Source: a phage
NCBI GenBank assembly: GCA_012401045.1
Contig: GCA_012401045.1_4704.2
Direction: 5' to 3' (one strand)
DNA length: 64,000 nt
In this document: positions 53,432 to 63,983 of the stretch, in pieces
Position numbering within the stretch: the first letter of the stretch is position 1
How the letters are laid out: each line of letters begins with the position of its first letter
The notes under the pieces: generated by a model
What the model saw: only the letters and a program-made list of their open reading frames with translations
The model's database searches: none
Told to the model about the DNA's origin: nothing
Translations under genes and position numbers: made by a program

Positions 53432-54744
53432 GGTTCAATAGCTCCTGCTCGTAACAGCATAATAACGAACGGTGTGAAATAATAACGATCCAGCGGAGAA
53501 AGCAACGGTATTGCGTCAACCATCTGTTTCAGTGCCGGATGGCTGATCGCTTTCTCATCGACCATATCACGTACCATACTCTCAATAATCGTCATTGGGG
53601 CTTGGTTGCGGTAGAAAGCCTCTGTGAAAACATAGTACGGATCGTCTGCTACCGATGGAAACAACGGAACGCCGTCATACTCCATCGATGTAAGGTTGGT
53701 CACCAACGGATTTGTCGGTGGTGTGTTTTCAGGTACAGCCAACTCTTTACCGACGTCTTCACCGAGCGACGTGGTCGCAGGCCACATACAGAATCGCGCC
53801 CCGCTAAAACGAATCCCACCTGCAGCCGGGTACTGATAGAAACGCTTTGTTGACAACAGTGTGAATTTCACCGTCAACCGCGCCTCGTCTTCCCGACGTC
53901 CGTCCATTACCCATTCAAAGACAGAAATCGCATTCGCTTCCTGGCTGTCGTCTACGTTAAGACGTCCGAAGTTCCATGAAGGTTTTCCTTCAAGCGACGA
54001 CCATAATTTCGTAAACGCGTTAACACACCAGGGATCGTAGGTTGCCGCATCCTGACCAGGAACAAGTAGTGTGTTTAATTCACGGCTGTAAAATTCGTGG
54101 TAATACGCATGACAAAGTCCCAGCGCACGACGGAGATAATCATACTTACGATTGTATTTCTCCGTTGCCATTACGGGATGTTTTCCGTGCTTCAACTGGT
54201 CTTGGTCGTACAGTGTATCCTCAACGATTTTCGCTTCCAGTTCGATAAGCTGTTTTTCGTCAAGAATACGCTGGAAGGAAATATCGCATTCGTAAGCCGG
54301 TGCTAAGCTAATGTTCTTCGGCGTGATTCGGGTGATCGTGTACACCGCGATACGATGATCGAGACCGGAGATTAACAGCATGTTACCTAAAAGAGGAACC
54401 GATACCGCCGGAAGTATACACGTACCCTCGGATTGAAAACGTGCGGTCCCGTTGTCGTACGATGGCGTCAATGACGACATTAACTTGATAGGGTAATGTC
54501 TGATGCGACGGTACTGCTGTTCAGCGATATCGCGGTTAGCTTGAAAACTGCTTTGTTCATCATCGCGACCGAGAATCTGTTCGTAATAATCACATTCTAC
54601 GGAATAACCGGATGCGTAATTCACTAACCCGATTTGACTATTGTATTGCTCATCCACCACCGCAGAACGATAAACATCGTCGCGAGCCTTCGCGGGTTGT
54701 TGGGGGTTGATGATGGGTTTCGCGGGCTTCTTAGCGAGCGCCAT
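53428..54744 (-). CDS. hypothetical protein (438 aa)
   Basis: ORF overlapping upstream gene end by 14 nt. Confidence 0.5.
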   Translation of the reverse strand: MALAKKPAKPIINPQQPAKARDDVYRSAVVDEQYNSQIGLVNYASGYSVECDYYEQILGRDDEQSSFQANRDIAEQQYRRIRHYPIKLMSSLTPSYDNGTARFQSEGTCILPAVSVPLLGNMLLISGLDHRIAVYTITRITPKNISLAPAYECDISFQRILDEKQLIELEAKIVEDTLYDQDQLKHGKHPVMATEKYNRKYDYLRRALGLCHAYYHEFYSRELNTLLVPGQDAATYDPWCVNAFTKLWSSLEGKPSWNFGRLNVDDSQEANAISVFEWVMDGRREDEARLTVKFTLLSTKRFYQYPAAGGIRFSGARFCMWPATTSLGEDVGKELAVPENTPPTNPLVTNLTSMEYDGVPLFPSVADDPYYVFTEAFYRNQAPMTIIESMVRDMVDEKAISHPALKQMVDAIPLLSPLDRYYFTPFVIMLLRAGAIEP

Positions 54745-56296
54745 AGCGTTTCACTCCTACGATGGTACCGACAAGAATTCTCGGTACGAATAAACTACGA
54801 TGTTTGAACCATGAAGCGGTTGTTGGGATACGTTTGATGGCTTCGATAAGCCCGATTAGCGTATAGCATCCCCGACTGTTCTTCTTAGGCCAGTACTTTT
54901 TATCTAGACCTAATACTGCAAACAGCTCATCCACCAGATTGGGATAACAACACAATGCTTCAAGTGTTTCAACCTGTAACTGACTTAAATCTAACAGTAT
55001 CGCTAGACGAACGTGGTAATCACTCCGTAAGTCTAACGGATCTTTCGCTTCAAGATCACCAACGTCGGTTAATGTCCACGCGTCTCTTGCGTAGCGGTAT
55101 TTACCCTTCCAAACCTCAAGGAAAAAAGGAGATTGGTAATGACATTTTGACCATTCTGGGTACTCACGGAACCACCGAACAAGATCGGGATGGAATTCAC
55201 CTTCTTCGGCTAACGAGTCCAACGTCACCAACAGGTTAGGTTGTTCAGGATCGATGGCAAGCAGCGCGGTGAAAAGCGTGCTTGATGGAAGTTCGGTTTC
55301 CACACTTGATGGCGGTAGCCATTCATCCAGATCAGGATACCGATACGCTTGAATCGACTCACCCTGCTCGGGCAAGAACGAATCACGAAGAATGTCCTGA
55401 TACTGCACCACCATACCACCACGACGCGCACGGGATTTATCGCGCACCGAGAGGCTCGGTTTGTAAAGGTACTCTTCGGGGAGTATCTGTTGGTGTACTT
55501 GAACAGGATACCGTGCTACGATATGTGTTGGCGTGTCGTACGTGTAACGGTAAGAGAAGGTTGCGTTGTACGAAGAACTGTTCTCATTCTTCTCTGGCTT
55601 CGGAGCGTCGGTGAAATCAAATTGACCAGAGATCTCTTCTTGCATTTCCCTGATAACCAATTTAACGCTCTTACCGTCACCGGCAACTGTCGTCATGGTG
55701 GTTGCGCGGTTGTCGAACCCGTCTCTAAGGTATTCGCTGAACTTATCCCCGTAACCCGCTATTGCTTCCCGGTGTGTATGAATAACTTTTAACAACATGA
55801 GAAACTGTGTTGGGATCGCATAGCTGTATTCGGCGCTAAGGAAGGCAGCGACATGCTGACTTGTGAGCAACCGTTTCATGTCGTACCACCAACGTTCGGC
55901 AGTGACCTGATCTTCGAACCGTTTGGTGATCTGCATGGTTGCAACCATCGTACTGTAAACAGGTACTAACGATACGCCAAGGTTACGGTCTTCAAATACG
56001 GGAAGACTGTTTCGTTTGTAAACGGTATCGTACATAGAGGCCTGTTCTTCAGGGACAATGTTAAGCTCAATTTGGATAAACCCGTCAGCAGGCCCCTTTA
56101 CATCCTGATCAACAACTTGCGGCGGTTGCTCGTTCGCAGCACTCATTTTAGCGTGAAGAGCTTCCCCTCGAAAAAGAATGTTCTCCCGACTATAATCCCA
56201 CCCGCAAAGCTCGCTGATCTGCCGTAACACCGCGATTGCAACCGGACGTGTTACCGTCGCGTATACGTCATTGATTTTTCGATCAAGTTTAGGCAT
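54731..56296 (-). CDS. hypothetical protein (about 521 aa)
   Basis: ATG 56296 with GAGGA SD (track begins at GTG 56323). Confidence 0.5.
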   Translation of the reverse strand: MPKLDRKINDVYATVTRPVAIAVLRQISELCGWDYSRENILFRGEALHAKMSAANEQPPQVVDQDVKGPADGFIQIELNIVPEEQASMYDTVYKRNSLPVFEDRNLGVSLVPVYSTMVATMQITKRFEDQVTAERWWYDMKRLLTSQHVAAFLSAEYSYAIPTQFLMLLKVIHTHREAIAGYGDKFSEYLRDGFDNRATTMTTVAGDGKSVKLVIREMQEEISGQFDFTDAPKPEKNENSSSYNATFSYRYTYDTPTHIVARYPVQVHQQILPEEYLYKPSLSVRDKSRARRGGMVVQYQDILRDSFLPEQGESIQAYRYPDLDEWLPPSSVETELPSSTLFTALLAIDPEQPNLLVTLDSLAEEGEFHPDLVRWFREYPEWSKCHYQSPFFLEVWKGKYRYARDAWTLTDVGDLEAKDPLDLRSDYHVRLAILLDLSQLQVETLEALCCYPNLVDELFAVLGLDKKYWPKKNSRGCYTLIGLIEAIKRIPTTASWFKHRSLFVPRILVGTIVGVKRYGAR

Positions 56297-56672
56297 CGAT
56301 GTCGTCCTCGCTAATTTCCTCACCTCCTTGTTGTCGATATCCGGTATAATGAATCAGACTGCTCTGTAGAAGCTCTTTAACGAGCCCTAGACGCGTTTTA
56401 TCTGTTTCATTGGACGTTTCCATTAATGTTTCTATTTCGTTGTTTAAAACAGCGTATAGCGCTTCTAACGGCAATCCTTGGATGATTGGTTTGATGGTAC
56501 CTTCCGGTAGTGCCGCAACAGGAATCTGCACGACGGTTTCGTGTGCGGTATGTGGGTTAATACGGCAAATATACATACCGGGTACTGAATGTCGCGGGCA
56601 CGCCGCTACCAAGCATGTCTGTTGCTGCGCACCGTTAAGTGCGAGTGAAAGAAATTTTGCTTCACGTGTCAT
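56289..56672 (-). CDS. hypothetical small protein (127 aa)
   Basis: ORF in minus-strand array. Confidence 0.4.
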   Translation of the reverse strand: MTREAKFLSLALNGAQQQTCLVAACPRHSVPGMYICRINPHTAHETVVQIPVAALPEGTIKPIIQGLPLEALYAVLNNEIETLMETSNETDKTRLGLVKELLQSSLIHYTGYRQQGGEEISEDDIDA

Positions 56673-56724
56673 CGCAGATTCCTGTTTGAAAGATAAGATA
56701 TCACATGATGGTCGACAGCATAAA

Positions 56725-56744
56725 GCCCACCCCGAAGGGCGGGC
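56725..56744 (-). terminator. hairpin GCCCGCCC-TTCG-GGGTGGGC (minus-strand reading) followed by TTTATG
   Basis: Immediately downstream of the 1125-aa gene stop. Confidence 0.45.
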
Positions 56745-56760
56745 TGTTTATGCGTACGGA

Positions 56761-59700
56761 TTACTTGTAGGCACCGCAATGGGCTTTGATGAGGAAAAGC
56801 ACCGCTTGCATCGGTTTATTGAACTGTTGCCATAACGTCAATGCCGGATGGAACAACCAATCTTCCAGGCCGAGAACAATACCGTAGTTAACGACATTAT
56901 TAACATCGTTCTCAACGTTGAGTTCGCTATCCAGGAATTTATCGATTGAACGCAGGGTCTGCATGGCGTTGTCAGCAATAAGCCAAGCTTCATGTGCTTC
57001 ACGAGCCGCACGCAGCACTGCCTCCAGTTCGCTGATAGTAGCTACCGGTAATTCCTCACTGGTGAGGTCGTCAGAAACCGTAAACTGGCGATTGATACCG
57101 GTGTAGATCCACTGCATCAGTTTCGCTGCTTCCTCGTTCGGGTTGTTACGCGTTGTCGCATAAGTCGCGCTCACCTTCACGATGTGCGTTTCACCAAGAT
57201 ACGCTTTGGACCCAACACCTTTACGATCGCTGTCTTTCCACGGTTGTACGGTAGCGACCATGAGCTTATCCCATTTCTGAATAGGAATACGCTTCAGACC
57301 AACAACCGATCCAGCGGATGTTTCGGACTGGTTGCTCTTCCGCACGTCGCTGAGCTCACGATCGATCGCAACGATTAATTCACGCGTCATGTTACCAAGC
57401 ATTTTGATTTCACCCAACGCAGCGATGAGCTTCTTCACATCGGTAACAGGTTCACCACCGATGGTAAGATGACGGATGAAACGTTTCAGAATAATCCGTT
57501 CTGCTGCTGGGTTACCGCGCCGCGCTTTGGCCAACGCTTGCTGTGTTTCGGCGAACAGCTTATCCCATGGAGCCGTAGCGGCGGTATAGTAACGATGGTT
57601 GGTTTCAATCCAGTTACCGATACGGTTGACCGCGGTCTTAACGGTATCCATGAATCCTTCCATCGCAATTTCGGTAGCTTCGACGTTACCCTGGAAGTTA
57701 TCAGGACCGATCTCGCGTGCCGCTACCAGAATACCTTCCACCGCGCTCACCGCGTGGCGACCGATAGCCAGATTTCGCTGCGCTTCTTCAGCACGCTCAA
57801 CGAATTCCACCACCGCAGGATCGTCAACGATTTCCACCTCAGCAACAACACGAGTACCAGCATCGCCTTCCAGTGTTTCGATGGTGACAACAGGATCGTT
57901 TTCACCAGCAACATCCTGGTATTCTTCCTGTTTGAGATCGCCGTTATCAGCCGCTGCGACAGCGGTGAGTATACGAATGGTAACATCGCCGAGTTCTTTT
58001 GCAGCGAATCCGTAAACGGTGCATGCGGTCGTTGCAAAGTTCATCAGGGTACGTGTGCGCTGCGTGACGTAGCGTGCGCCCGATTCGTTTTCCACTTTGT
58101 CTAGATCGCGGAGTAACTGCTCAGCCGTCTCCTGAAGTTGAGTAGCTGCTTTCAGGAGGTCTTCGTCAAACAGTTTTGTTGATGCATCGATCAGCATTTC
58201 AACGCTAACGTTGGGCGGTACAGCATCATCCTGCTGTTTCATGGCGCTAAGTTCGTAACGGAACTCACGAATGCCGTTTAACGCGTCGTCGATAGAATAT
58301 CCGAACGCTTTCACGCCCGCCATTCCAAGAGCTGCTTTCATTTCAGCTGGATGCTGAACTTGCTCGCCTTCCTTGCTGTTCTTTAACTCATCGAAATATT
58401 TCTTCGACGCGTCCGCAATACGTTTACTGTCTTTAACCGCATTTACGATCTTATCGACAGATTTCGAGTCGTTTGCGAGCAGCGTATCCAGTTTATTCCA
58501 CTCAACGTCAACCTTCTTGGTGTCGCTCGGCGGAGGAAGCAGTTTCATCACTGGTGCTGTGCGTTGTTCTTTGGTCAGCTTGTTGGCCTTCTCTTCGATT
58601 TTTTTCTTATTAACACCAAAGAGATTTTTCAAACGCGCCACGAGGGCTTTTAAGAACTTCGCGACCGCTTCGTAAACCGATTTCAGAATCTGTTTAAAGC
58701 GACCCGGCTGCTTTTCCCCGTCTTCCAGATTGAGATCGCTGTTCAGTGCGACATCAAGCTGTTTGTACGATTCCATGATGTATTCGTCTTTGATTTCAGG
58801 ACGAATCTCGAAGCTTTCCATCGGACCTTCAGCCGGACGGAATTCCATTTTCAGTTCGCCTTGCAGGGTAGGGTCGACAATGGCGATCGCTTCACCCTGA
58901 CCATCAGCGTTAAAGCGTTCAGCGTAACGAGTACGGCGAACAATAACACTCTTACCCCCGTCAAGACGACGTACCACCATGGTGCCAGGAATGTACGGTT
59001 GTTCTGTTTCAATGACGGTTACATCTGTTTCACCCTCACCGAGAATAACAGATGCACGCTGTTCAACAACAGGAACATCTAATACACCACGGGCTTCCAG
59101 CTCTTGATGAATTTCGAACGACTCTTGTTTCAGATCTTCATCTTCTTCGTTTTCGTCGTCTTCATCATCGCCACCTTTGGTGTTTTCATCACCCTTGGTG
59201 GTTGTGTCGTCGGTGGCACCAGCGTCAGCGTCGGTGTTAGCAGGTTCTTCGGACGCAGGTTCGGTGGTGTTGTCCTCCGTGGACGACCCGTCAGTGTTAT
59301 CGACATCAACATCACCTTGCAGTTCTGTTTCCTGAGCAACTGCTTCGGCTTTCTGCTCGCCGGTATTGCCGTCATTAGCGTCAACGACAGGTTGTTCGTC
59401 AGCGACGGTATCTTCAACCTTTTCTACTTTCTCCACGACACGTTTAATCACGGTGACTTTGATGGGTTCTTCCGTCGTTTTGGTTTCTGGCGTCGCCTCG
59501 GCTACCTCAGCTGCTGTTTCAGCAACAGGTTCTGCTTTTTCCGGTTCGACGACATTGCCTTTAACACCTTCGGTGGTTTCTGCAGGTTGCGTCGCCTGTT
59601 CGATTTGTGCCGGATTGGTTGGATCGATGGCGTTAGCCGCATCCTGAATCTTGTTCTTCAGGTTGTCGCGGTCAGCGTTAACGGTCGGGTCGTTGGTCAC

Positions 59701-60138
59701 TTTCGGTGCCGGTGTTTCGGTCGGTGCGTTTGCCGGATACGGGTTCTTCGGCTCTTCGCCAGGTGCGGTCGGTACCGCGATCAGAACGAACGGTTGAACA
59801 TCGTTACCGTCTTCCATGGTTACGCCACCGTTGCTCGGTGTGAAACGAATTCGTAAACTACCATCAATAGGACGGGTCACAATAACAGCACGTACGACAT
59901 CCTCACCGTTCTCATCCGTGCTACGAATCACACGAACAGCGTCATCAACGGTAGCCCCTTCCTCGAGCGTATCTGATTCGATCGTCGCTTCGATGCTGTC
60001 TGGCCGTGCCGCTGTAGGTAATGCGATCACTTGCTCTTCTTTATCAGTAGAAAGCGTTGCTTTGACTTCGATAGGTGTATCGCCGCTTTCCAGGTTAAGA
60101 TGCGACTTACGCATCAGATCAGCTAACGATTTTTTCAT
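56761..60138 (-). CDS. giant acidic virion-type protein (1125 aa) with internal repeats and D/E/T-rich low-complexity region
   Basis: Central DDEDDENEEDED tract, T/E/P-rich linker, duplicated about 35-aa segment (VVRAVIVTRPIDGSLRIRF / MVVRRLDGGKSVIVRRTRY); candidate head internal or ejection protein by analogy. Confidence 0.5.
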   Translation of the reverse strand: MKKSLADLMRKSHLNLESGDTPIEVKATLSTDKEEQVIALPTAARPDSIEATIESDTLEEGATVDDAVRVIRSTDENGEDVVRAVIVTRPIDGSLRIRFTPSNGGVTMEDGNDVQPFVLIAVPTAPGEEPKNPYPANAPTETPAPKVTNDPTVNADRDNLKNKIQDAANAIDPTNPAQIEQATQPAETTEGVKGNVVEPEKAEPVAETAAEVAEATPETKTTEEPIKVTVIKRVVEKVEKVEDTVADEQPVVDANDGNTGEQKAEAVAQETELQGDVDVDNTDGSSTEDNTTEPASEEPANTDADAGATDDTTTKGDENTKGGDDEDDENEEDEDLKQESFEIHQELEARGVLDVPVVEQRASVILGEGETDVTVIETEQPYIPGTMVVRRLDGGKSVIVRRTRYAERFNADGQGEAIAIVDPTLQGELKMEFRPAEGPMESFEIRPEIKDEYIMESYKQLDVALNSDLNLEDGEKQPGRFKQILKSVYEAVAKFLKALVARLKNLFGVNKKKIEEKANKLTKEQRTAPVMKLLPPPSDTKKVDVEWNKLDTLLANDSKSVDKIVNAVKDSKRIADASKKYFDELKNSKEGEQVQHPAEMKAALGMAGVKAFGYSIDDALNGIREFRYELSAMKQQDDAVPPNVSVEMLIDASTKLFDEDLLKAATQLQETAEQLLRDLDKVENESGARYVTQRTRTLMNFATTACTVYGFAAKELGDVTIRILTAVAAADNGDLKQEEYQDVAGENDPVVTIETLEGDAGTRVVAEVEIVDDPAVVEFVERAEEAQRNLAIGRHAVSAVEGILVAAREIGPDNFQGNVEATEIAMEGFMDTVKTAVNRIGNWIETNHRYYTAATAPWDKLFAETQQALAKARRGNPAAERIILKRFIRHLTIGGEPVTDVKKLIAALGEIKMLGNMTRELIVAIDRELSDVRKSNQSETSAGSVVGLKRIPIQKWDKLMVATVQPWKDSDRKGVGSKAYLGETHIVKVSATYATTRNNPNEEAAKLMQWIYTGINRQFTVSDDLTSEELPVATISELEAVLRAAREAHEAWLIADNAMQTLRSIDKFLDSELNVENDVNNVVNYGIVLGLEDWLFHPALTLWQQFNKPMQAVLFLIKAHCGAYK

Positions 60139-60153
60139 AAAGCGTTATTCCTC

Positions 60154-61260
60154 TTAAAAGTAATATTTCAGCGCCTCGCGAGAGACATCAAGCATAGCCG
60201 CTGTTGAATTCGTAAAGAACTCGGCATAGCCCACAAGCGGCACCTTGATCCACGCGGTATACGCTGTAAGGTATCGAGAAAGGGCTACCATAGCATCATC
60301 AGAAGCAGTAGTAACTGACAACTGACCTTGTTGACGATAAACGTCGTTAAGTTTTGCTTGTAGATTCCCTGCGATTTCGAGTAACTCGTTGGCGTACTTT
60401 TTACGATGGTAACTAACCAGTAAATCAACACCCGTATTTACCGACTCGAGTAGCACACCAACTTGTTCTAATGTTGGCATTGTAACCACCATATCCCGTT
60501 CAACGGACGGTACATCCTGGACTTCAAACCGTGCGGATTGAATAGCGAGGGACTGTTGAATTGAACCAGAACCTGAGGTGGTAACCTGATCGAGTCGTAG
60601 CGTACGGTTACCCAGTAACGTTACATTGACGAGTCTCGATTCGTTCAGCGTACTGTAGACTTTATGCAATAACGTATACGCGTCACGGTTAATCACATCG
60701 ATTAATGCGGTATCCGTCTGTTTTAAGATAATGTCGAGCGCTCTATCTAACGTATTAGCGAACTGTTTGAAATCATCACGGAACGACGAAGACAAGAGAT
60801 ATTCAGCGATTGCCAAATTCTGTTTGTATAACGTATTCCCAGTTGTGAAGTCGAATCCAAAACTGTTCCCATACCGTAGGTGCGGTGCCAGCGTTGACGA
60901 AGCTTCGAAGCTTTGCGCGATGGGTTTACGACCAACGGCTTTTGTGTAGTGACGGCGGATGTTGCTGAGTTCGAGCTGTAGTGCGCGACTACGATCGATA
61001 AACCGGGCGATAAACGCAGTGATGTTCCGCAACGTTGTCCAGATTGCATCGATGATGGCTTTGATGATTTTCATCGCAAGCTGATTGTACGATTCCATCG
61101 TGAGGAGATCAGCACTTTCCGTGGTATAACTGGTTGTCGGAATACCGCCCGCTTGCTGATAAATGAGCTGGTGAATTTGTCGTTGCGTTGCTGTCTCTGG
61201 CACAGGTAATTTTTTTAACAAGCTTAACGCTTGAATCTGTCCATCATAGGTCTGCAGCAT
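60154..61260 (-). CDS. hypothetical protein (about 368 aa), head-gene cluster
   Basis: ATG 61260 with GAGGAA SD (track start 61302 overlaps upstream gene by 59 nt). Confidence 0.5.
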   Translation of the reverse strand: MLQTYDGQIQALSLLKKLPVPETATQRQIHQLIYQQAGGIPTTSYTTESADLLTMESYNQLAMKIIKAIIDAIWTTLRNITAFIARFIDRSRALQLELSNIRRHYTKAVGRKPIAQSFEASSTLAPHLRYGNSFGFDFTTGNTLYKQNLAIAEYLLSSSFRDDFKQFANTLDRALDIILKQTDTALIDVINRDAYTLLHKVYSTLNESRLVNVTLLGNRTLRLDQVTTSGSGSIQQSLAIQSARFEVQDVPSVERDMVVTMPTLEQVGVLLESVNTGVDLLVSYHRKKYANELLEIAGNLQAKLNDVYRQQGQLSVTTASDDAMVALSRYLTAYTAWIKVPLVGYAEFFTNSTAAMLDVSREALKYYF

Positions 61261-62545
61261 TGCTGGTTTCCTCAAGTTCGAGATGCGCGTCAAGATAATC
61301 ATTAAGACCGTCGATGACGTCGCAGACAGTTAACAGGAATCGGGCAAAAGCAACCGCCTGGAAGCCGACGACGTTACGCGCGATACCCACACGTTGAACG
61401 ATAGCGGATGCGGCGGTATCGTTGTTGTCCATCTGTTGTAGCAGGCGCTCGTAAGGTTGAATCCATTCGTCCTGATCGGCAAGGCTTGCTTCAAGACAAC
61501 GTTTAAATTCCAACTGTCGTAGCGTAGACCATAACGTACTTAATGCGTTGATGATCGCGTTGGTTCCGTCGATAACATCGTTTAACGGCAAGAAACGGAA
61601 TCCGTCTTTTGCTGATTGGAAAGGTACGGCTTCCCACACAACGCTGAATTGCGTTCCTGTTGCGTCTTCGATGTTGTGTAATTTAAGATAGGAAGCACCA
61701 ACAGGTACGTCAACGACTAGATCGTCTGTTCCGGTAGGCGTTAACGGCTTCTCGCATAACGCATCGTTGATGACTTCAAGGATATTCTCCCAACAGGCTT
61801 CGTTTTCTGCAGCGATACCTTCTTTGTTATCCGCTGATGGTGCTTTTAGTAGCCGCATTAATAACGGATCGAGTTGACGATGCCACGCTGCGAGGATTCC
61901 TGTGTTCGTTACGATGTTTTCTGCGGTTTGTCGTAAATCAGCAATACTGCTTACCGCACCGCCTTTCGGATGAAGATAACGCCAGTTGTAGGGAAAGTTC
62001 TCCCAGAACGCGTTATCTTCATCGACGTCGTATTCGGAAATATTTTTCAACGCAACCGCTTTCTTTAATAACGGCTTCACCTGACGAACGAATCGACGAT
62101 AACAACGATTACAGATATCGATCGCGTAACGGTATAACTCGTTCATGTAAAGCCATAACGCTCGGGTTGCTTCTTTTGCGGTCTTGTCAAAACTTTCCAT
62201 GTTCAAGCTCATCCCGCTGGAAGTTTCCTCTTCCAGACCCTCGATGATTTGGTTTGGGTCCATCCCCATCCCGGCTGCTGCGGTTGTTGCGATATGTTTG
62301 ATGGTGTTAATATCGCGTTCTTCAACTTCAGCCATGTTTGGGACAATATCCAGCCTGAGTTTATTTAATGTTTGAAGGTGTTGTTCACCTTCTTTCATCA
62401 CCGTGTTTGTTTCGTCGATTGAGTGAAACTGATTCTCAATATTACTGGCATCGAGAACGTTGCCAGCGATACCGAACGATTCTACAGGTTCATCATCAAT
62501 CCCTTGAAATAACGATGTCATGGGTTGTTGTAACACGTTTTCCAT
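61244..62545 (-). CDS. hypothetical protein (433 aa), paralog of 62694-63983
   Basis: Shared N-terminal SLF and I-x-x-IA-T/S-x-AA-x-x-GM segments with the upstream gene; ATG with AGGAG SD. Confidence 0.5.
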   Translation of the reverse strand: MENVLQQPMTSLFQGIDDEPVESFGIAGNVLDASNIENQFHSIDETNTVMKEGEQHLQTLNKLRLDIVPNMAEVEERDINTIKHIATTAAAGMGMDPNQIIEGLEEETSSGMSLNMESFDKTAKEATRALWLYMNELYRYAIDICNRCYRRFVRQVKPLLKKAVALKNISEYDVDEDNAFWENFPYNWRYLHPKGGAVSSIADLRQTAENIVTNTGILAAWHRQLDPLLMRLLKAPSADNKEGIAAENEACWENILEVINDALCEKPLTPTGTDDLVVDVPVGASYLKLHNIEDATGTQFSVVWEAVPFQSAKDGFRFLPLNDVIDGTNAIINALSTLWSTLRQLEFKRCLEASLADQDEWIQPYERLLQQMDNNDTAASAIVQRVGIARNVVGFQAVAFARFLLTVCDVIDGLNDYLDAHLELEETSNAADL

Positions 62546-62652
62546 TTGGGACTCCTACGTAGGAAAATCTTGGCGGGTGATCATGTCCGCCATTTACCTT
62601 CTGAACCGTTGATTCAGAAGTCAAAAGATAACCGGATACCAACGCCATAAAC

Positions 62653-62684
62653 CTTCCTCCAACCCAACAGGGAAGGAGGAAGGG
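62653..62684 (-). terminator. conserved GC-rich hairpin family copy (loop variant AACA)
   Basis: CCTTCCTCC-AACCC-AACA-GGGAA-GGAGGAAGG; minus strand followed by TTTATGGCG. Confidence 0.5.
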
Positions 62685-62693
62685 ATATGGTGA

Positions 62694-63983
62694 TTATGCT
62701 TTTTCGGTCGCTGCGTTGAAGTATTTCGCAGCAGCAAATACAGCATCCGCATATTGACGTATCGAAGCGCGAAGAATCTTGGTTGACAATACTGTACTTA
62801 AACGTGCCATTTCAGAAACCGCGCTTACATAAGGACGGATGGTTTCACGATCGGCTTCAGGCAGCTTGTCAAGCATATCACCCCACTTCGTTTTGATTTT
62901 CATGCCGTTGAGTTTAGCGGTACGCTCCACAGAACCAGCCAAAGCTTCAACCATGTGGAAATAAGAGGAGTCTATCGTACGGAACACGTTAAGATAGGAA
63001 GTCAATGCACCTTTCAGTTCGTTATCGTCTTTGAAAATGTTTGCGTTCTCTATCTCACCGGTCGCCGTCGTCTCGGTTTCAACCCGAATATTTTTCACCA
63101 ACGTGTAGGCTTTAATCGCATCACGTTCGTTTTCAACAGCATCGAGACCTTGAATAACGAAACGTTTCCCACCGCTCTCTGGAAAAACAACTTTATTCAG
63201 AGCCGATTTGATCGCAAGCAGGTATTTGTCTAAGATAGACGGAAGCAGTGTGAGGTCAGTGAGGTCTGCGACCTTTTTATTGATATCAGCCACTTGCTTA
63301 AACAATGAATCCACCCCGCTTGCGCTTGCAGCGAGTTGTTCGATATGCTTGCTTGCAAACACGGCATTCGCTGATTTCGCATTAGGGAACATATTGACCA
63401 TATTTCCAGTGGGCTTATCCAACTGTTTGATATGGCGCTCACCTTTATTCACAGCGGTTGCGATGTTGACAATTTTGTTGTATGCGACAACCAGGTTCTT
63501 GAACAACATCTGGAACAGTTTGAACAGCTGCTCAGCGATATTCGCAATGATTACCCAGACCGCATATAACGCTTGTGCTGCGCGTTCTTTAAAACCTTCC
63601 AGTACAATAGCTTGCCCTTCCACCAAACGATCGTCGGCTTGGAACATGTCTTCATCGGACATCCCCAGGTTAGCTGCTGACGTCGAAGCAATCTGACGGA
63701 TAAGTGCGATGTCGCTGGCGCGAGCTTCAGGGATCGTAGGTGCGATCATGTACGCGGTATCTTCCAGCGTTGCTGAGGTACGCACCGCAATTTCAGCCAG
63801 TTCGCTGGATTCATCGATCGTCTCGTCGGTACGTCGAATCACCAACTCAACTTCGTCCTCTTCGATTTCTGCGTTAGGATCGTGTTGCTCCGCTGGAATT
63901 GCTGCAAGAAGATCTTCGGCGCTGAGCAATGCGAGTTCGAATGCGTTTTTATTGACGTTATCAAAAAGAGAAATACGTGCCAT
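62694..63983 (-). CDS. hypothetical protein (429 aa), paralog of 61244-62545
   Basis: ATG with AAGGAA SD; similar size and shared motifs with neighbour. Confidence 0.5.
   Translation of the reverse strand: MARISLFDNVNKNAFELALLSAEDLLAAIPAEQHDPNAEIEEDEVELVIRRTDETIDESSELAEIAVRTSATLEDTAYMIAPTIPEARASDIALIRQIASTSAANLGMSDEDMFQADDRLVEGQAIVLEGFKERAAQALYAVWVIIANIAEQLFKLFQMLFKNLVVAYNKIVNIATAVNKGERHIKQLDKPTGNMVNMFPNAKSANAVFASKHIEQLAASASGVDSLFKQVADINKKVADLTDLTLLPSILDKYLLAIKSALNKVVFPESGGKRFVIQGLDAVENERDAIKAYTLVKNIRVETETTATGEIENANIFKDDNELKGALTSYLNVFRTIDSSYFHMVEALAGSVERTAKLNGMKIKTKWGDMLDKLPEADRETIRPYVSAVSEMARLSTVLSTKILRASIRQYADAVFAAAKYFNAATEKA

Noticed and set aside
57469-59856. Several plus-strand ORFs (57469-58104, 57599-58015, 59104-59856, 59366-59647)
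   Set aside because: All lie within the 1125-aa minus-strand gene; low-complexity translations typical of antisense frames of repeat or acidic-coding DNA.
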